DNA of 64,000 nt, from assembly GCF_036588685.1 (NCBI RefSeq), contig NC_086380.1:4588001-4652000 (forward strand), given 5' to 3'. Shown here piece after piece: positions 51,014 to 64,000 of the stretch; within the stretch, counting starts at the first letter, position 1, and every line of letters starts with the position of its first letter. Source of the stretch: Mytilus trossulus (lineage: Eukaryota). The position numbers were made by a program, and so were the translations under genes. The notes under the pieces were generated by a model. It was not told the origin of the DNA. It made no database searches and saw nothing but the letters and a program-made list of their open reading frames with translations.

Positions 51014-52024
51014 TAATAAGAACTGGCATTCTGATATCTACAGATTTTATGAAATCAAAATAATTAATCTCGCATTTTTGTCCATTCTTTAAATATCGCA
51101 TTGATAAATGTCTGTACTTTAAACATCCCGCCATTAATAAATGTCTGTACTTTAAACATCCCGCCATTGTGTTATTGTTCTATTAAATTTTTTGCATACT
51201 TTGAACGACGAAGTTATTTTATATCTCTACCTGTGTGACGTTTACATTCTGACGTCAAACACGCGATTCTACGCCAGAGTTAATGTTAAAATTACGATTC
51301 GGTCATAGTGCTTAAAGTCCCTCGATCCTTTATGGGTTGATTTGGCATACATAAATAAAATACAAAAATAAGTAAGCAATGATGGAGGTTGTTAAATGTG
51401 ATATAAGCTTTTTTGTGCTTCTTAGTTAAATTTTTGTTGTGATTAAAATTGTGACACGGTGTTGACTGCTTATTTTGACATTTTTACCTATTATGTCTGT
51501 TTGTTTTATTCACGCATCGTTGTCAATATAATGGAATTTGATGCAACTGTCAAACAAGTGAGAGGTTTAGCGCTATAAAACCAGGTTCAACCCACCATTT
51601 TCTACATAAGAAGATGCCTGTACCAAGTCAGAAATATGACAATTGTTGTTTAATTATTCGTTTGATGTGTTTGTGCTTTTGATTTTGCAATTTGATTAGG
51701 GACTTTCCGTTTTGAATTTTCATCGGAGTTCAATATTTTTGTGATTTAACTTTTTTTCTGACCTTACAGAACTTAATTGATTCGAAACAGGAGTTGGAAC
51801 CACAACAATCAACAGCCGATTCAATATTTCGTCTTGTTTTTAGTATAATTAAGTTGTATATTTTCCAGCAACAAGTTAAGATATAAGCTTGTAAAATGAA
51901 TGGTATTTTTTCCATCGAGTGAGTTAACTTCTTTTATTTTTATAGGAGTGCATTAACTGGATGATTTTTTGGTGATTACACTTTCCAATTGCAAAACGAA
52001 ATTGTAAGTCAGATTTATCCTTAA

Positions 52025-52600
52025 TTATACCCCACGGAACAAAGTTATAATGTTTTTGACCCGTCTGTCCGTCAGTCCGTCCGTCATGCAGTCGATTTGT
52101 CTGTTAGTGGTCAGTCTGTCCGTTAGTCCATCCGTCAGTCTGTCCGTCGGTCTGCCCGTCAGTCCTGTTCTTGTCATTGCAACTTTTCTGCAACCACACT
52201 ACAGAATTTCATAAAACCTTGTAGATAATTAGGACATACTATGTAGATGTGCATATCGTTGAACTTTAAATATTGGTATAAATATACTACTGCAACAGTT
52301 TGTCACCACAACTCATCTGAAACCACACAACAGAATTTCATGAAACTTTGTAAATAGTTAGGACTTTACATATCGACAGGTAATTATGATTCAATTATGT
52401 TTCTAGTCGTCAGACCCCTTTTAACTTAAAATGTCGGTCTAGATATACTACTGGCTGCAACAGTTAGTCATCGCAACTTCTATGAAAACACACAACAAAA
52501 TTTCATGAAACTTTGTAGATAATGAGAACAAAATATGTGAATGTGCACATCCAGAAGAAATTTTCATCAGTTGACTTTTGTAGGAGTTATGAATCTTTGA
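52025..52600 (+). mobile_element. Degenerate HINE-like element
   Basis: ttatacccc 5' end, (GTCC/GTCT)n microsatellite 52060-52165, internal ~140-bp repeats (cagaatttcatgaaactttg). Confidence 0.5.
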
Positions 52601-52638
52601 ACTTAGGAATCAATAAAAAAAAACAACTAACATAATAA

Positions 52639-52868
52639 ACTGTGGATTCATTATTATTCATTGGATACCAATTTTCGTGGATTTCGTGGGTACAGTTAAA
52701 CCACGAAATTGAATGCTCAACCAAGGAACGAATGACAAATTTTCCTTAGGCTTGTATGGAGACTTCGGAAAAACCACGAAAATAAATATCCACGAACAAA
52801 TAAGTTTTCCTTAATCCACGAAAATTGGAATTCTTGAAAATAAATTCCTGAAAATAAATGAATCCACA
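52639..52868. mobile_element. Small MITE
   Basis: TIR tgtggattcatt / aatgaatccaca; internal ccacgaa / ttcgtgg repeats. Confidence 0.6.
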
Positions 52869-53057
52869 ATTATACATAACCAACTAAAAATAAATTATCA
52901 AACATGTAACGCATGTGCACTGAATGATACAGGGTATAATAGTGTGTGTGTAATCAGAAAAGACAAATGTCTATAAATAAAACGACGAAAAGTTGAAAGA
53001 AAAGGTAAAAATACGAGGTTACATACACACATAATATAACCACTTGATCTTTTTTGA

Positions 53058-53502
53058 TAGAATCATATTCAAAACAGTGTGGTCCTGGCCATTGATTGAC
53101 GACCTAAATTATCCCATTGACTGGGACAGATTAGGTGAACGTTTGTCGGTAACAATCGCTGCTCACTATGTACTTGTTAAAGACACTGAATCTGTTGGGT
53201 CACCAAAGGTTCTCAACACATAAATAAAGCAATTCGAAAAACAAAACCGGAATAATACGATGTGTTGATTTATATCAATAATATAAATCAAAACATAAAG
53301 GTTATTCCTGAATAGTTTTTCGAATTATTTTATTATTAAAGGCGTTAAGAACCTTTGGTGACCCCACAGTTTAAATTCTATAGTAAGTAAGAAGTGAGCA
53401 ATGGTCGTTACCGACAAACGTTCACCTAATCTGTCCCAGTCAATGGGATAATTTAGGTCGTCAATCAATGGCCAGGACCACACTGTTTTGAATATGATTC
53501 TA
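53058..53502. mobile_element. Foldback MITE (445 bp; outer ~95 bp perfectly inverted)
   Basis: tagaatcatattcaaaacagtgtggtcctggcc... / ...ggccaggaccacactgttttgaatatgattcta; the terminal TA may be a TSD. Confidence 0.85.
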
Positions 53503-53689
53503 AAGATACTATTCCGGTATGTTGTTTTGTCACCCAGTTGCTGCCTTATTGACGAATGCCTACATCTCCCTTAAATAGTTCAATACCAGAGTAAACAAGT
53601 GTAATTATGTGAATAACCCAACGATTGACAGTCAGATGTATTTTATTTAAAGGTTCACTATGCAAAATGAACGTGCAGTCCATGTTGCC

Positions 53690-54550
53690 TTTAAAAACAT
53701 GTAAACTTATCGCCCCTTTAAATAAACTTATTCTAAAAGGTTACCAATTCAACACTGTAATAAGATCATTAAATATTGTTTTTATTGGTATAAATATTGA
53801 TTTTGTCATCAGTAAATTAAAAGCAAATTAAATATTACTAGTATGTTTTATACATATACACATTCATGGATCTACCATCTGTCGATACCTGTATCTTGGC
53901 ATTGTACAAGGTCATGTTTTTCTCTGACTGTTTATGACGTCTTTACACTAAATCCATTGGATGTTGGATGTGTACGGATTGATGATTTAGTCTAAGATGC
54001 ATGATTTTTTTATTAGTTGTTAGTGGCTTTGAACTAAATGTCAGTTAACTGCTAGTACTCTAAGATCTGATCCTAGTGTCTGTTTGTTGTTGGGATGTAC
54101 AAGTACCCGGCCACGTCTACTTGTATTTTTGTCCATCTGATGAGTTAAGCCTTTTTTAACTGATTTTTATAGTTCGTTCTTATGTTGTTCTGCTATACCA
54201 CTGTCCCAGGTTAGGGGGAGGGTTTGGATCTCGCTAACATGTTTAACCCCGCCACATTATGTATGTAAGTGCCTGTCCCAAGTCAGGAGCCTGCATTCAG
54301 TGGTTGTCGTTTGTTTATATGTTACATATTTGTTTTTCGTTCATTTTTTAAAATAGAAAAGGCCGTTAGTTTTCTCGTTTGAATTGTTTTACATTGTCAT
54401 TTCGGGGCCTTTTATAGCTGACTATGCGGAATGGGCTTTGCTCATCGTTGAAGGACGTACGGTAACCTATAGTTGTTAATTTCTGTGTCATTTTGGTCTC
54501 TTGTGGAGAGTTGTCTCATTGGCAATCATACCACATATATATTTTTTATA
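53690..54550 (+). mobile_element. PLE 3' end (RT C-terminus KLIAPLNKLILKGYQFNTVIRSL...* plus 3' UTR)
   Basis: Similar to the RT end at 49650-49790 (PLNRLxKKGYSYDTVVR). The UTR is shared with 7036-7500. Confidence 0.65.
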
Positions 54551-54796
54551 TTTAAATACTATTTCTTGTCCAGTAATGCATTTAAGACTATTTTCTGTTA
54601 TTAACATACTAAACACATTCTAAAACTCTAACACATTGGCTAAGCGGGTAACACAAATATCTCAATAAAGCAACAGGACATTGAATAAAATAAATATATG
54701 TCTAAACATTATCACAAGCAAAGAACAATTAGAGGCGTGAGTTTTCAGTACTTCTTGTGTAATATTACAATATTCCAAAAGGGGATCGTTTAAAAA

Positions 54797-55058
54797 AGGG
54801 AGCCTAGGTGGGAGTGGTTTAAGTAGTCAAACTTCCGTATCACTCGCCTGTCAAGACTGAGGTTGTGAGTTCGAATTTCACACGTGACAGGGGCGCTCGC
54901 CTCCAAACTTAATTGACCAGGGTTGTCAGTTTTCCGATGGTCGGGTTTTCTCTCCGGGCACTTCGGCTTCCTCCACCACTGAAAAAAACAACTGACGGGC
55001 ACGAAATAGCACACAGTTGTTGAATGTGGCATCTATCTATCAATCAATCAATCAATCA
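54797..55058 (+). mobile_element. tRNA-derived SINE, sister of 41350-41585
   Basis: A/B-box head, ggttttctctccgggcacttcggcttcctccacca core, (AATC)n tail. Confidence 0.75.
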
Positions 55059-56714
55059 AGCTTTTACGACTTTGATGAGAAAGAAAGATCATATATACAT
55101 ATGTAGGACTCATTTAAAGCATAAACGGGCGTATCATGCGCTTATAGCGCAGCTCTTTATTTGAATATTCTTCTCCCGGTCCAAAATCTATATCAAATAT
55201 TTGCCACTGAACGTTCAGAAAACATCAATCAATAAATCATACCTTCTCTAAACTTGCAGTATAATGATAACTGTAAACAATATCAAATAAGTGATTCGTT
55301 TAAACTTTGGTCAGATAGTATCAGTTATATAGTGTGTTTGTGACCTTATACGATACATACTCCCATTGGTCTGTACAAAAAACTAATAGACAAGTCTAGT
55401 TTCTCTCCTTATTTTTTTCTTCAAATTTCCGATGCAATGTACAAAAAGGTATTAATGAATATCAAAGGAAGTTACGAATCAAAGATACAAGGGTGGTGTT
55501 TCGGCTTCGAAAGAAATTTTCAAAGCAAGGGACTCATGCGTTAATGTGCATTTTGAAATTGAAACAGTTGATTTATAAAAAAAATTTCAATATAAGTATG
55601 ACCACATCAATGATAAGTCATGATAACACAGATTGACAACTAATTGATGATGATGATGACAAAGATAAGGATTCAGTGGCGAATTACTGATATGCATATT
55701 CGGGTCCAAAGCATTTTAATACGATAAAATTGATATTTTTCTTCCTTTGTATAAGACTGATATGAACTAACACGAACACCAAAAATGAAACTTTACGTGA
55801 ATTGATGAAAAAAAAGTTTTTAGCATTTTGGTATTGAAAATAACGACGTCAAAGGAAGTAAAATGACGTTAAATGTATTTTTTTATTTTTTTTCATCTAA
55901 ACTGTATCGATCATTACAAATAAACGGTACCATATTACATGCTGATATTTATAGTGTTGATAGAATATACTATGAGAATGTTCATGTTTTACTCTGACGT
56001 TGGGCGCTTTAACGGAGAACCAGTGTGAAGTGCGATAGTCACGCAGAAATGCGATGTTCTACGCCGACGTGCGCTGGACCTTTCGCTGATGTGCGATTGT
56101 CTATTAGATGCGTAATTACTAGTTTAAAACGTATATACTGATGTCAAATTATTATGAGAGTTTATATTAGTTAGTATATAGAAATACCAGACATTCAATA
56201 TTTTCTCCAGTTGCAGTAAAAACCATCTACCGGGCGATCTATCTTATTGTTTGTCCTCATTCACTGCAGTCGTATAGATGTTTCGCTTATTTTGTTTCGT
56301 TCTGACTAATCAAGAAGTATTTGCATTTCAAACAACTTCAACGTTTTTCAGTCATTGCAATTAGTTCTGGTTGTAAAGGAAAATAACCTTCGTATGTAGC
56401 TTATATAGTGGTCAATTCTGAACGATTGTATGAACGACTGCCTTTTTTGTTGTCTTGGCTATTTACCAAGTACACTACATCGTAACAGTTAGGACTGGAA
56501 ATGCAATGACCATTTACCATGACTGTTTTAAATTTATATACAGGTTATATACCCTTGAGTTTATGTTTTTCCACAATGTCACCATCGCACTTCAGCATGA
56601 TCAAAAACGCACTTTAGCGGGACCATCGCGGTTCAGAGTCCTACACATATATGCACAAAAACATTATACTATACCCACAAGAAGAAGGGTAGAATTTGAA
56701 ATAGCAATACTTAC

Positions 56715-56886
56715 TCTGTTCGATTAGTTCTGTTGCTAAGTCCGTCAAATTTTTCCTCAAAGCATCCAACATATCAATTGTTACCAATGTTCTTCCGTCC
56801 AAGGTAATGTTTTGAATTGCTTTTGTATTTTCTCCATATGATACAAGGAGTCCCAAGAGTAGAAACAGTGAACACGTATCGATCAT
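56715..56886 (-). CDS. Probable first coding exon of the C1qDC gene (signal peptide plus short coiled coil)
   Basis: MIDTCSLFLLLGLLVSYG-ENTKAIQ...MLDALRKNLTDLATELIEQ. Perfect donor A|GTAAGT (phase 1) matches the phase-1 acceptor at 48314, giving ~198 aa. Intermediate exons are not excluded; an alternative ATG is at 56904. Confidence 0.65.
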
Positions 56887-57485
56887 TATGAACAGTGTCT
56901 GCATACAACGTTAACTAAACTGATTAACAAGCGACCACTCTTCTTTAAGCCTAGGGTTGTAGTTTCGACAAGATCACGTGCACACACAGGGAGGCGTCTT
57001 GTGAATTGAAATATTTTTTTGAAATGCACAACCTCTGCTAGAGTCATCGAAACAAGAAAAACATAACCATTAATTTTAGATGATGTAACTAAAGAATTAT
57101 TGAGGAAAATTGTTAAAATTAAGTGTTTACGCCACATTTATTATATTAAAAAGCACTCACTCAGAAGCAAAAATAACAACGATTTAACTTGATACTGCAA
57201 TGGTAAACAGTAAAGAGTTTGACCTAGATCCTTGTACTTTTCATATCTTGATCAGGTTATAAAGATCTACAAGTACTTACAGTTATGAGGAATATATGTT
57301 TTAGTTAGGAAGAATACCGGTTTGTGGTTGGGCTCATGTTGCTCGAGTTGTCTTCAGTTTTCTACATTATGTTTTGTATATTGTTGTTTGCCTTTCGATC
57401 TTTTCTGGTTTTTTTGCTATGGCTAGTTTGAATGTTACTTCGATATCTTTCGCTTCTCTTTAAATTAAAGTCGACTCATCAAGAT

Positions 57486-57727
57486 CCGGCAAACAAAAAT
57501 GACCAAATGACACCCCTTTTTAGCAAACTATAAGCAAAGTTTTGGCTGTTTGTGATTGATATAAAAGCATGCTATAGACGAATTCAGGGAAAGTCAATGA
57601 ACCACACCCGGCAAACAAAAATGACCAAATGTCACCCCTTTTTAGCAAACTATAAGCAAAGTTTTGGCTGTTTGTGATTGAAATAAAAGCATGCTATATA
57701 CGAATTAAGGGAAAGTCAATGAACCAC
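57486..57727 (+). repeat. 122-bp tandem duplication
   Basis: ccggcaaacaaaaatgacc...gtcaatgaaccac at 57486 and 57608. Confidence 0.9.
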
Positions 57728-58585
57728 GAACTAAACAACACAAGGAACCATCAAAAGACATCTCCGAGATCAACATACGATGTTCAACAAAACGGAAGAG
57801 TCTCTGTCATTTATCAAACTCTATGTCATCCTGAGTTAAATTATGAATATATTTACTGAGACTACCAAAGATCTCCCCTCAGCACAAAGTTTCATAACAG
57901 ACATAAACTGTTCAGATATAGACTTAGACCTCATGAACCATGCCACGAAATTGCCTCCGATAAAATTTTGCGAACATCCCATAGAGCAAATTAAATGGAT
58001 GTTTAATATTTACCATTTAGTATATGGCCGTGTTCTAAGCGACACGCACATGCAGGTCATACATTAATTTGTTGAATGAAATCAAATCTTAATGGGTGCG
58101 GTAGGGGGTCGACCGGAATTTTTAGCGAGGATTTCTTGGCATGTAACAGATAGAAAACTCAGGGCTCGAATTCATAGAACAGACAAGGGGCAGTGGCAAA
58201 TATTTCATGTATATTTTGAACACCGAGATTATTACCCCGACACCCTTTGCCGAAAATAATCTTCTTTTGCTTCTATGTGCCTTCGGATTTTGTTTTGAAT
58301 TGCAGTTTCACTTTTCATATCCGGTATTTATTCTAATGTAAGCTCCACCTGGTAAAAATCACGTGATGCAGGAATATAGTATCTTGGAATTAAGACGATT
58401 TCTTTCTTTTCGGGCGGGGACTCAAAGCATACAACATGCATGTGTATAACGGCACTGTATATTTTCTTATTGAAAAAAGAAAGTTGCCGGTCCGTTACAT
58501 GAATAAATTGGTTAGAAAGCAAGGTTTTAATTTTAATTAGATTGGAAAGCTTAATTCGAGGGTTGAAAATGGAGAGCACCAAAAA

Positions 58586-59366
58586 CTAGAGGCTCTAAAG
58601 AGCCTGTGTCGCTCACCTTGGTCTATGTGAATATCAAACAAAGGACGCAGATGGATTCATGACAAAATTGTGTTTTGGTGATTGTGATGTGTTTGTACTG
58701 AACATTCTTGCTGCTTATAATTATCTCTATCTATAATGAACTTGGCCCAGTAGTTTCAGTGGAAAATGTTAGTAAAAATTTACAAAGTTTATGAAAATTG
58801 TAAAAAATGACTTTAAAGTACAATAACTCCTTAGGGGGTCAATTGACCATTTTGGTCATGTTGACTTATTTTTAGGTCTTACTTTGCTGTACATTTTTTG
58901 CTGTTTACAGTTTATCTCTATTTATAATAATATTCAAGATAATAACAAAAAACGGCAAAATTTCCTTAAAATTACGAGTTCAGGAGCAGCAACCTAACAA
59001 CGGGTTGTCCGATTCAATTACAGGGCTGATAGATCTTGACCTGTTAAACAATTTAACCCCGTCAGATTTGCTCTAAATGCTTTGGTATCAGAGATATAAG
59101 CCAAAATCTACATTTTACCCCTATGTTCTATTTTTAGCCATGGCGGCCATCTTGGTTGGTTGACCGGGACACCGGACACATTTTTTAAACTAGATACCCC
59201 AATGATGATTGTGGCCAAGTTTGGTTAAATTTGACCCAGTAGTTTCAAAGGAGAAGATGTTTGTAAAAGTTAACAGATGACGCCGGACGACGACGACGAC
59301 GACGACGGACGACGGACGCAAAGTGATGAGAAAAGCTCACCTGGCCCAAAGGGGCCAGGTGAGCTA
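58586..59366 (-). mobile_element. HINE/Helentron-type element, single-core sister of 3776-5031
   Basis: Same termini, hairpins and GAC microsatellite. Confidence 0.8.
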
Positions 59367-61019
59367 AAAAGGGGGGAGGGTTCCATAGGGAATATTTTTA
59401 TCTTATGAACTCTACATTTGAAAGGTTTATTTTTATTTTTATTCATAAAATGAGAGAAAAATAAAGGTAAGACAAATTGTGAACGTGGTCTTTCTTCCTT
59501 TCTCCCGCATACAGTCACTGTAAACCTGTACTGGCCGGGTTCAAACTTTAATCATGAATTACAAGGACATTTACAGAAGCAAGTTTTTTACCATCAGCAG
59601 TGCGATATAAATTCTAACCCTAGTTCAATTATCAAATCAATTATACAGACCAGACTGTAGAGCAGAACGATCACGACAATCGGAAACAGACTACAGTCAT
59701 GTGATCATGGCAAGTGTATACTGTCGATCAGAGATGGATTTTTTCTTGACTTTTGTTTAGAGCTATTTTTAGTTGCAAGCAGCAGGACGAGACATTCCTT
59801 TCTGGACAGGGTTCATTTGACATTTGTCCTATAGGTGCACTGATGTTACACTTGTTTTATGTCCCCCATTTATAGATTGATATGGCAAAAGTGTATTTTG
59901 CAATGACGAAATGTTTTGAAATTAATGTTCAATGATGCTGGATAAAAGCTCGCTACATGTGGTACACAAAAATTTGACCACCACTCTATTCCAATGCACA
60001 ACAGGTTTAATGTCCGAAGCTTGACATTAATATTAGCAATATTATTATAGGATTCGTGGCTTAAGAATTTTGTCGTGTTCTTTAAAACTTTGGACCAATA
60101 CTGACATTCGAGATTTGCTAAACCTTCCTTGGACGAAGATAAGTATTCAAGCCAAGGGTCAGAACATGGTAATAACGTTCTCACATTACAAAAGTCATTT
60201 GAGGTCTGAATTACTGATTAAAGTAAAGTATATTTAGTGCTATGTTAAACTATCCTGCATAGACAAAAAAATTATCTTACGTCACTTAGTTGAGGATTGA
60301 ATAACCGAAACTTTCTCCATTTTTAAGCGAATAAAAGGCGGTTCTATCAGAAAACATATCTTTTTTAAAGTTGTTAGTCTATTTTACAATGATTTATATT
60401 CCTATAAATACCTTTTATTTCATAGAAATCGTCATGACATTGTAAAACTCAATTTTAAGTCTGTTTTGAAATAAGTTTTGTTGCCAGTTTTGCATGTACC
60501 GAATTCAACGTATATGGCCAAAACTTAAATTCGACTTTCATTGAGGTATACTAGATGGTTATATTAACAAATACATATTTGTTCATAATTTTCTATAATT
60601 TTGTAAGGTTTTGACGGCCGTTGTTCTTATTACTTGAAAAAAAATACATCATTTTAAACTGATAACTACCCCCCTTTTTGTAAAGTCGCATACGTGTACT
60701 CGGACAACTCATTTAATGACGGGTTTCCACTTTTTGGATGAAAAATTGAATTAGGAAGAACACAGATTCAAGTTGTCAATCATTCTACTGTAAAAAGGGT
60801 ATTTAAATTGGAATTAGATATTCATTTTTGTTTTTCCTTGAAAACGACATGTAACCTTTCATCTTGATTTCTGCAAAAACTGCACCATATTTTCTTCTGA
60901 CAACCAAAATAATCTCAAAGTACATGCATATTTTCTGTAACAAAATATTCTGTAAAAAGTAAAACAACAAAAATACCGAACTCCAAGTAAATTCAAAAGC
61001 TATAACACATCAGCTTTAT

Positions 61020-61290
61020 TTGTAGTTCTAATGTATCTGATGACCTCGCCCTTTATGAAACCTTCAAACACGTGTCCACTATTACAGCTTGTGCGATGTA
61101 GATATCGGAATTGTTGTTCTAATGTATCTGCTGACCTCGCCCTTTATGAAACCTGCAAAAACGTGCCCACTATTACAGTTTTTGCGATGTAGATATAGTC
61201 ATATAGGAATTGATGTTCTAATCTGGCTCTTTATGAAACCTGCAAACACGTGTCGATTATGACAGCTTGTGCGATGTAGATATAGGAATG
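61020..61290 (+). repeat. ~90-bp tandem repeat x3
   Basis: gttctaat...ctttatgaaacct.caaacacgtg...tgcgatgtagatat repeated. Confidence 0.8.
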
Positions 61291-61599
61291 AGTTCGCTGA
61301 TTTGAAGTGCGTTTTCACATCTAAAGTTCCTTTGAAAATATTAACATCAGTGATCAAGATATATTATTTCTGTAGTGTAAATTTAAGGAACGGCTGATGA
61401 ATATTTGCAAACTCTAATTATTCCTTAATCATGTCAATATCGTCGTGATGTATTAATATAATATCATCACGATACCTTCCATAGAAAAGAATATTTTTCA
61501 ATGTTCAAACTTAGAAAGAATTTCTTTCATAATTTTATACACAAGAATATCACAGATTTCAGGGCTTGGTATGGAACGCCATGACTGTCTTCTGATGTT

Positions 61600-61995
61600 G
61601 ATTGTTTAATATGTTCGGTGCTTTATGCATTATGTTCGGTAGTATGTATATTATGTTCAGTAGATATCCTATTATGTTCAGTAGTTATTATATATGTTTA
61701 GTAGTTTTTACATTATATTCGGTGCTTTGGTTATTATGTTCAGTAGTTTCATTATTATATGCAGTGGTATTTAATTTATGTTCGGTACTTCTGACGTTAT
61801 ATTCAGTACATTTTTCATTATGTTCAGTACTTTCGACATTATGTTCAGTAGATTCAATATAATTTGCATTACATTATGTAATACCTTCAGTAGTCCCGGT
61901 TTCTTTATATTCGGTATAGATTATTCATTATGTTCAGTAAAAGCATCGGTATTATATTCGGTTCGTTCAACTTTATGTTCCGTGGTTGTATCATT
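61600..61995 (+). repeat. 21-bp minisatellite (attatgttcagtag...)
   Basis: About 18 degenerate units. Confidence 0.8.
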
Positions 61996-62028
61996 ATGGT
62001 GATGTACAGAAGTAAAAGTCGGGATTAA

Positions 62029-62290
62029 ATGAAAATGGAAGAAATGGAAGCAGTTTTAAATCGGTGTGGTTTACGTTCCCAAATTGGCATTTTTCACCAG
62101 GAAAAAATAACTTCTGGCTTAATTTGTAAGTTGTCACTACAAGATTTCGCATATTCAGGTATGAACGACAGGAGAAAAATAATGGAATTAAGAATAGCTT
62201 GTGTTCATTTCAGTAGCAATATTTTGACTAAGAGTAATAACAAGTTTTTTATTCCCAAAGAAGCACTGGAATCCCTGCTTGAAATCGATT
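62029..62290 (+). pseudogene. Truncated ORF: SAM-like domain plus start of an HTH; probable N-terminus of an integrase-type (IS3EU-like) transposase
   Basis: VLNRCGL...IFHQEKIT..LICKLSLQDF...GM is SAM-like; KFFIPKEALESLLE resembles the motif preceding the HTH in such proteins. The ORF is cut at the CACTA-like terminus. Confidence 0.45.
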
Positions 62291-62291
62291 G

Positions 62292-64000
62292 AACTGTAAA
62301 AAATAGTGTTAAAGTTTAACACGTGAAAGTGTGAAAATGAATACACTAGTGTTAAAAAATATTCACCATGTGTGTTAAAGAGTAATTGTTATTAACACTG
62401 TGGCCCGGAATAACACGTTGAAGTGTTAAAAGGTATTGATAGATGCAAGTCTAAATTTTTTGTTTCAGCACATTGAAGTACATTGTATGTTTTTTGTAGA
62501 ACACTTGTTTACGATGATTTAATATGTATTCAATACTATCGTTTTTTAGTTTTATTTTAAAACTTTCATTAAATAATTTAGAAAAATGAAAAAAAACATC
62601 ATTAACGAATCCAACAGAGTCAAGAACCAATTATCTTCTTTGTACACATAAAGATTTAGCAAAATTAGGCATATCTTATAAATCTTAATATGACATTAAT
62701 TGAAAACGTAATTATTCAGAAACCAACTATTGGGATAAGAACAAATTAATCTTTAACACGGATGTGAAAACAGCATGCACACAGATTAACACACCCATTA
62801 ATCTCTTCTCAATTAGCACGTGACAGGATGCTGAAATTTTACCGCCTTTTTCGAAACGCTCCATCTTTTCAAAAGTTGGAATCACAACTATAATAGTCAG
62901 AAAGTGGTCAACACGTCAAAGAAAACAAGCAAACACAGATTTAAATACAACTTTATCAACTAAAATGTAAGTATTTCCTTTTATATATAATTCTGTGTGA
63001 TGCTTGTCTGTCTAGAGACAATAACATGAAATCTCTGAGTCTTGGCATGACAAGTTCAAAGAGTTGCCGCGCGTTTCCATCACATGTGATGCCGGATGGC
63101 TTGATAGTGGTTAATACATATATCCCTATCTTTTGTTAAATACTTATATAATCAAAAAAACTTTTTTATCATTTGTGATGGCTTTTATTCTTATAATTTG
63201 GAATTAAAAAGGATTCAACTTAGTTAATTATAATAAACATGATAAAGGGGGGTGGATGTCACGTGTTCTCCGAACGGAATACTTTTCAACTTGTTCACCG
63301 TCATCGACATGACTGTTACAACCGTCATTTCCGATGTAAATATAAACACTCCAGCTGAAATATTCATACTGAATATTTGAACATATACCCGATTATTTTA
63401 CAGTAATATTTTTGTTTCCAGATCCATTACAGATCTGAAAATATACCCAAGTAAGAAGAGAACAAGTACAACCAGTACAAGTGCATGTACACTGTACCAG
63501 ACAGTGCAGACTTTCAAAAAACAAAGCATAGGCATATCTTTTGTGTTCTTTCAATACCTGTTACATTTAATGGATTTATCATGTGTGTGTCATATATTTA
63601 AAGACGGTCATGCAAACTGAAAATTATATTTACTGACAAGTATCACTTTTTAAACACATTAATCCCCTTTTTTGGCACACTGGTGGATTGAGTAGCTAGT
63701 GTGAATAAAAATGTTTGTGTAAAGAATTCTATAAGATCTACATTTTATCCATTTTTCATTTATATAATTTGTTTTAAACAAGTCAGTATTAATTATTGTA
63801 CAAATGTATACATCTTCTTCTTCTTCCATATAAGAGTTGGGTTCCTTTAATGAAACGTTTAAACTCTGCGGGACTACGCATGGTGACATCACATATCTAG
63901 TCCCCTAAGGCTATATACAGTATTTACAATAAAATCAGTTTGTTACGGTTAAAATTATGTACAATCGTCCAGTCTGGTATTAATGTGTTGTCTGTAGCCC
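62292..64000. mobile_element. Possible CACTA/EnSpm-like element, left end (extent uncertain)
   Basis: (a)ACTGTAAAAAA terminus followed by multiple agtgttaa / ttaacac subterminal repeats (62305-62430, 62750-62795). Confidence 0.35.

Noticed and set aside
54135-54165. CTGATGAG motif suggesting a hammerhead, C/D box or SECIS (also 7440-7452 on the minus strand)
   Set aside because: There is no GAAA with stem II/III, and the stem geometry does not fit a SECIS or k-turn by eye.
57843-58067. Possible additional upstream C1qDC exon or small gene
   Set aside because: It is on the wrong strand for the C1qDC gene and has no recognisable motif or splice support.
61600-61995. Regularly spaced repeats resembling a CRISPR array (also 26296-26425 and 61020-61290)
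   Set aside because: These are tandem degenerate minisatellites without unique spacers, in a eukaryotic context with no cas genes.

Overview
AT-rich eukaryotic genomic DNA, very probably from a mytilid bivalve (Mytilus-like). This is inferred from the repeat families, the ~350-nt hammerhead retrozyme, a C1qDC gene and a Steamer-like element. Host genes: (i) a CARD-domain exon at the left edge (- strand); (ii) a 3-exon GT22 (PIG-B/PIG-Z/ALG9/ALG12 family) mannosyltransferase-like gene of about 785 aa with an unusual C-terminal TPR-like module (+, 24192-34112); (iii) a 2-exon secreted C1q-domain gene (-, 47890-56886). Most of the rest is mobile DNA: a full-length degenerate BEL/Pao LTR element interrupted by a foldback MITE; a young Steamer-like Ty3/Gypsy element nested in a MITE; a 5'-truncated LINE; many Penelope-like (PLE) RT remnants and 3' ends; Helentron-type non-autonomous elements; tRNA-derived SINEs; MITEs; and hammerhead-ribozyme retrozymes of two families. 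The two most interesting signals are (a) a conserved pseudoknot lying just downstream of a fixed insertion terminus shared by five independent retrozyme insertions, and (b) the GT22+TPR protein with a mosaic of subfamily motifs. Boundaries of degenerate repeats are approximate because they were read by eye.
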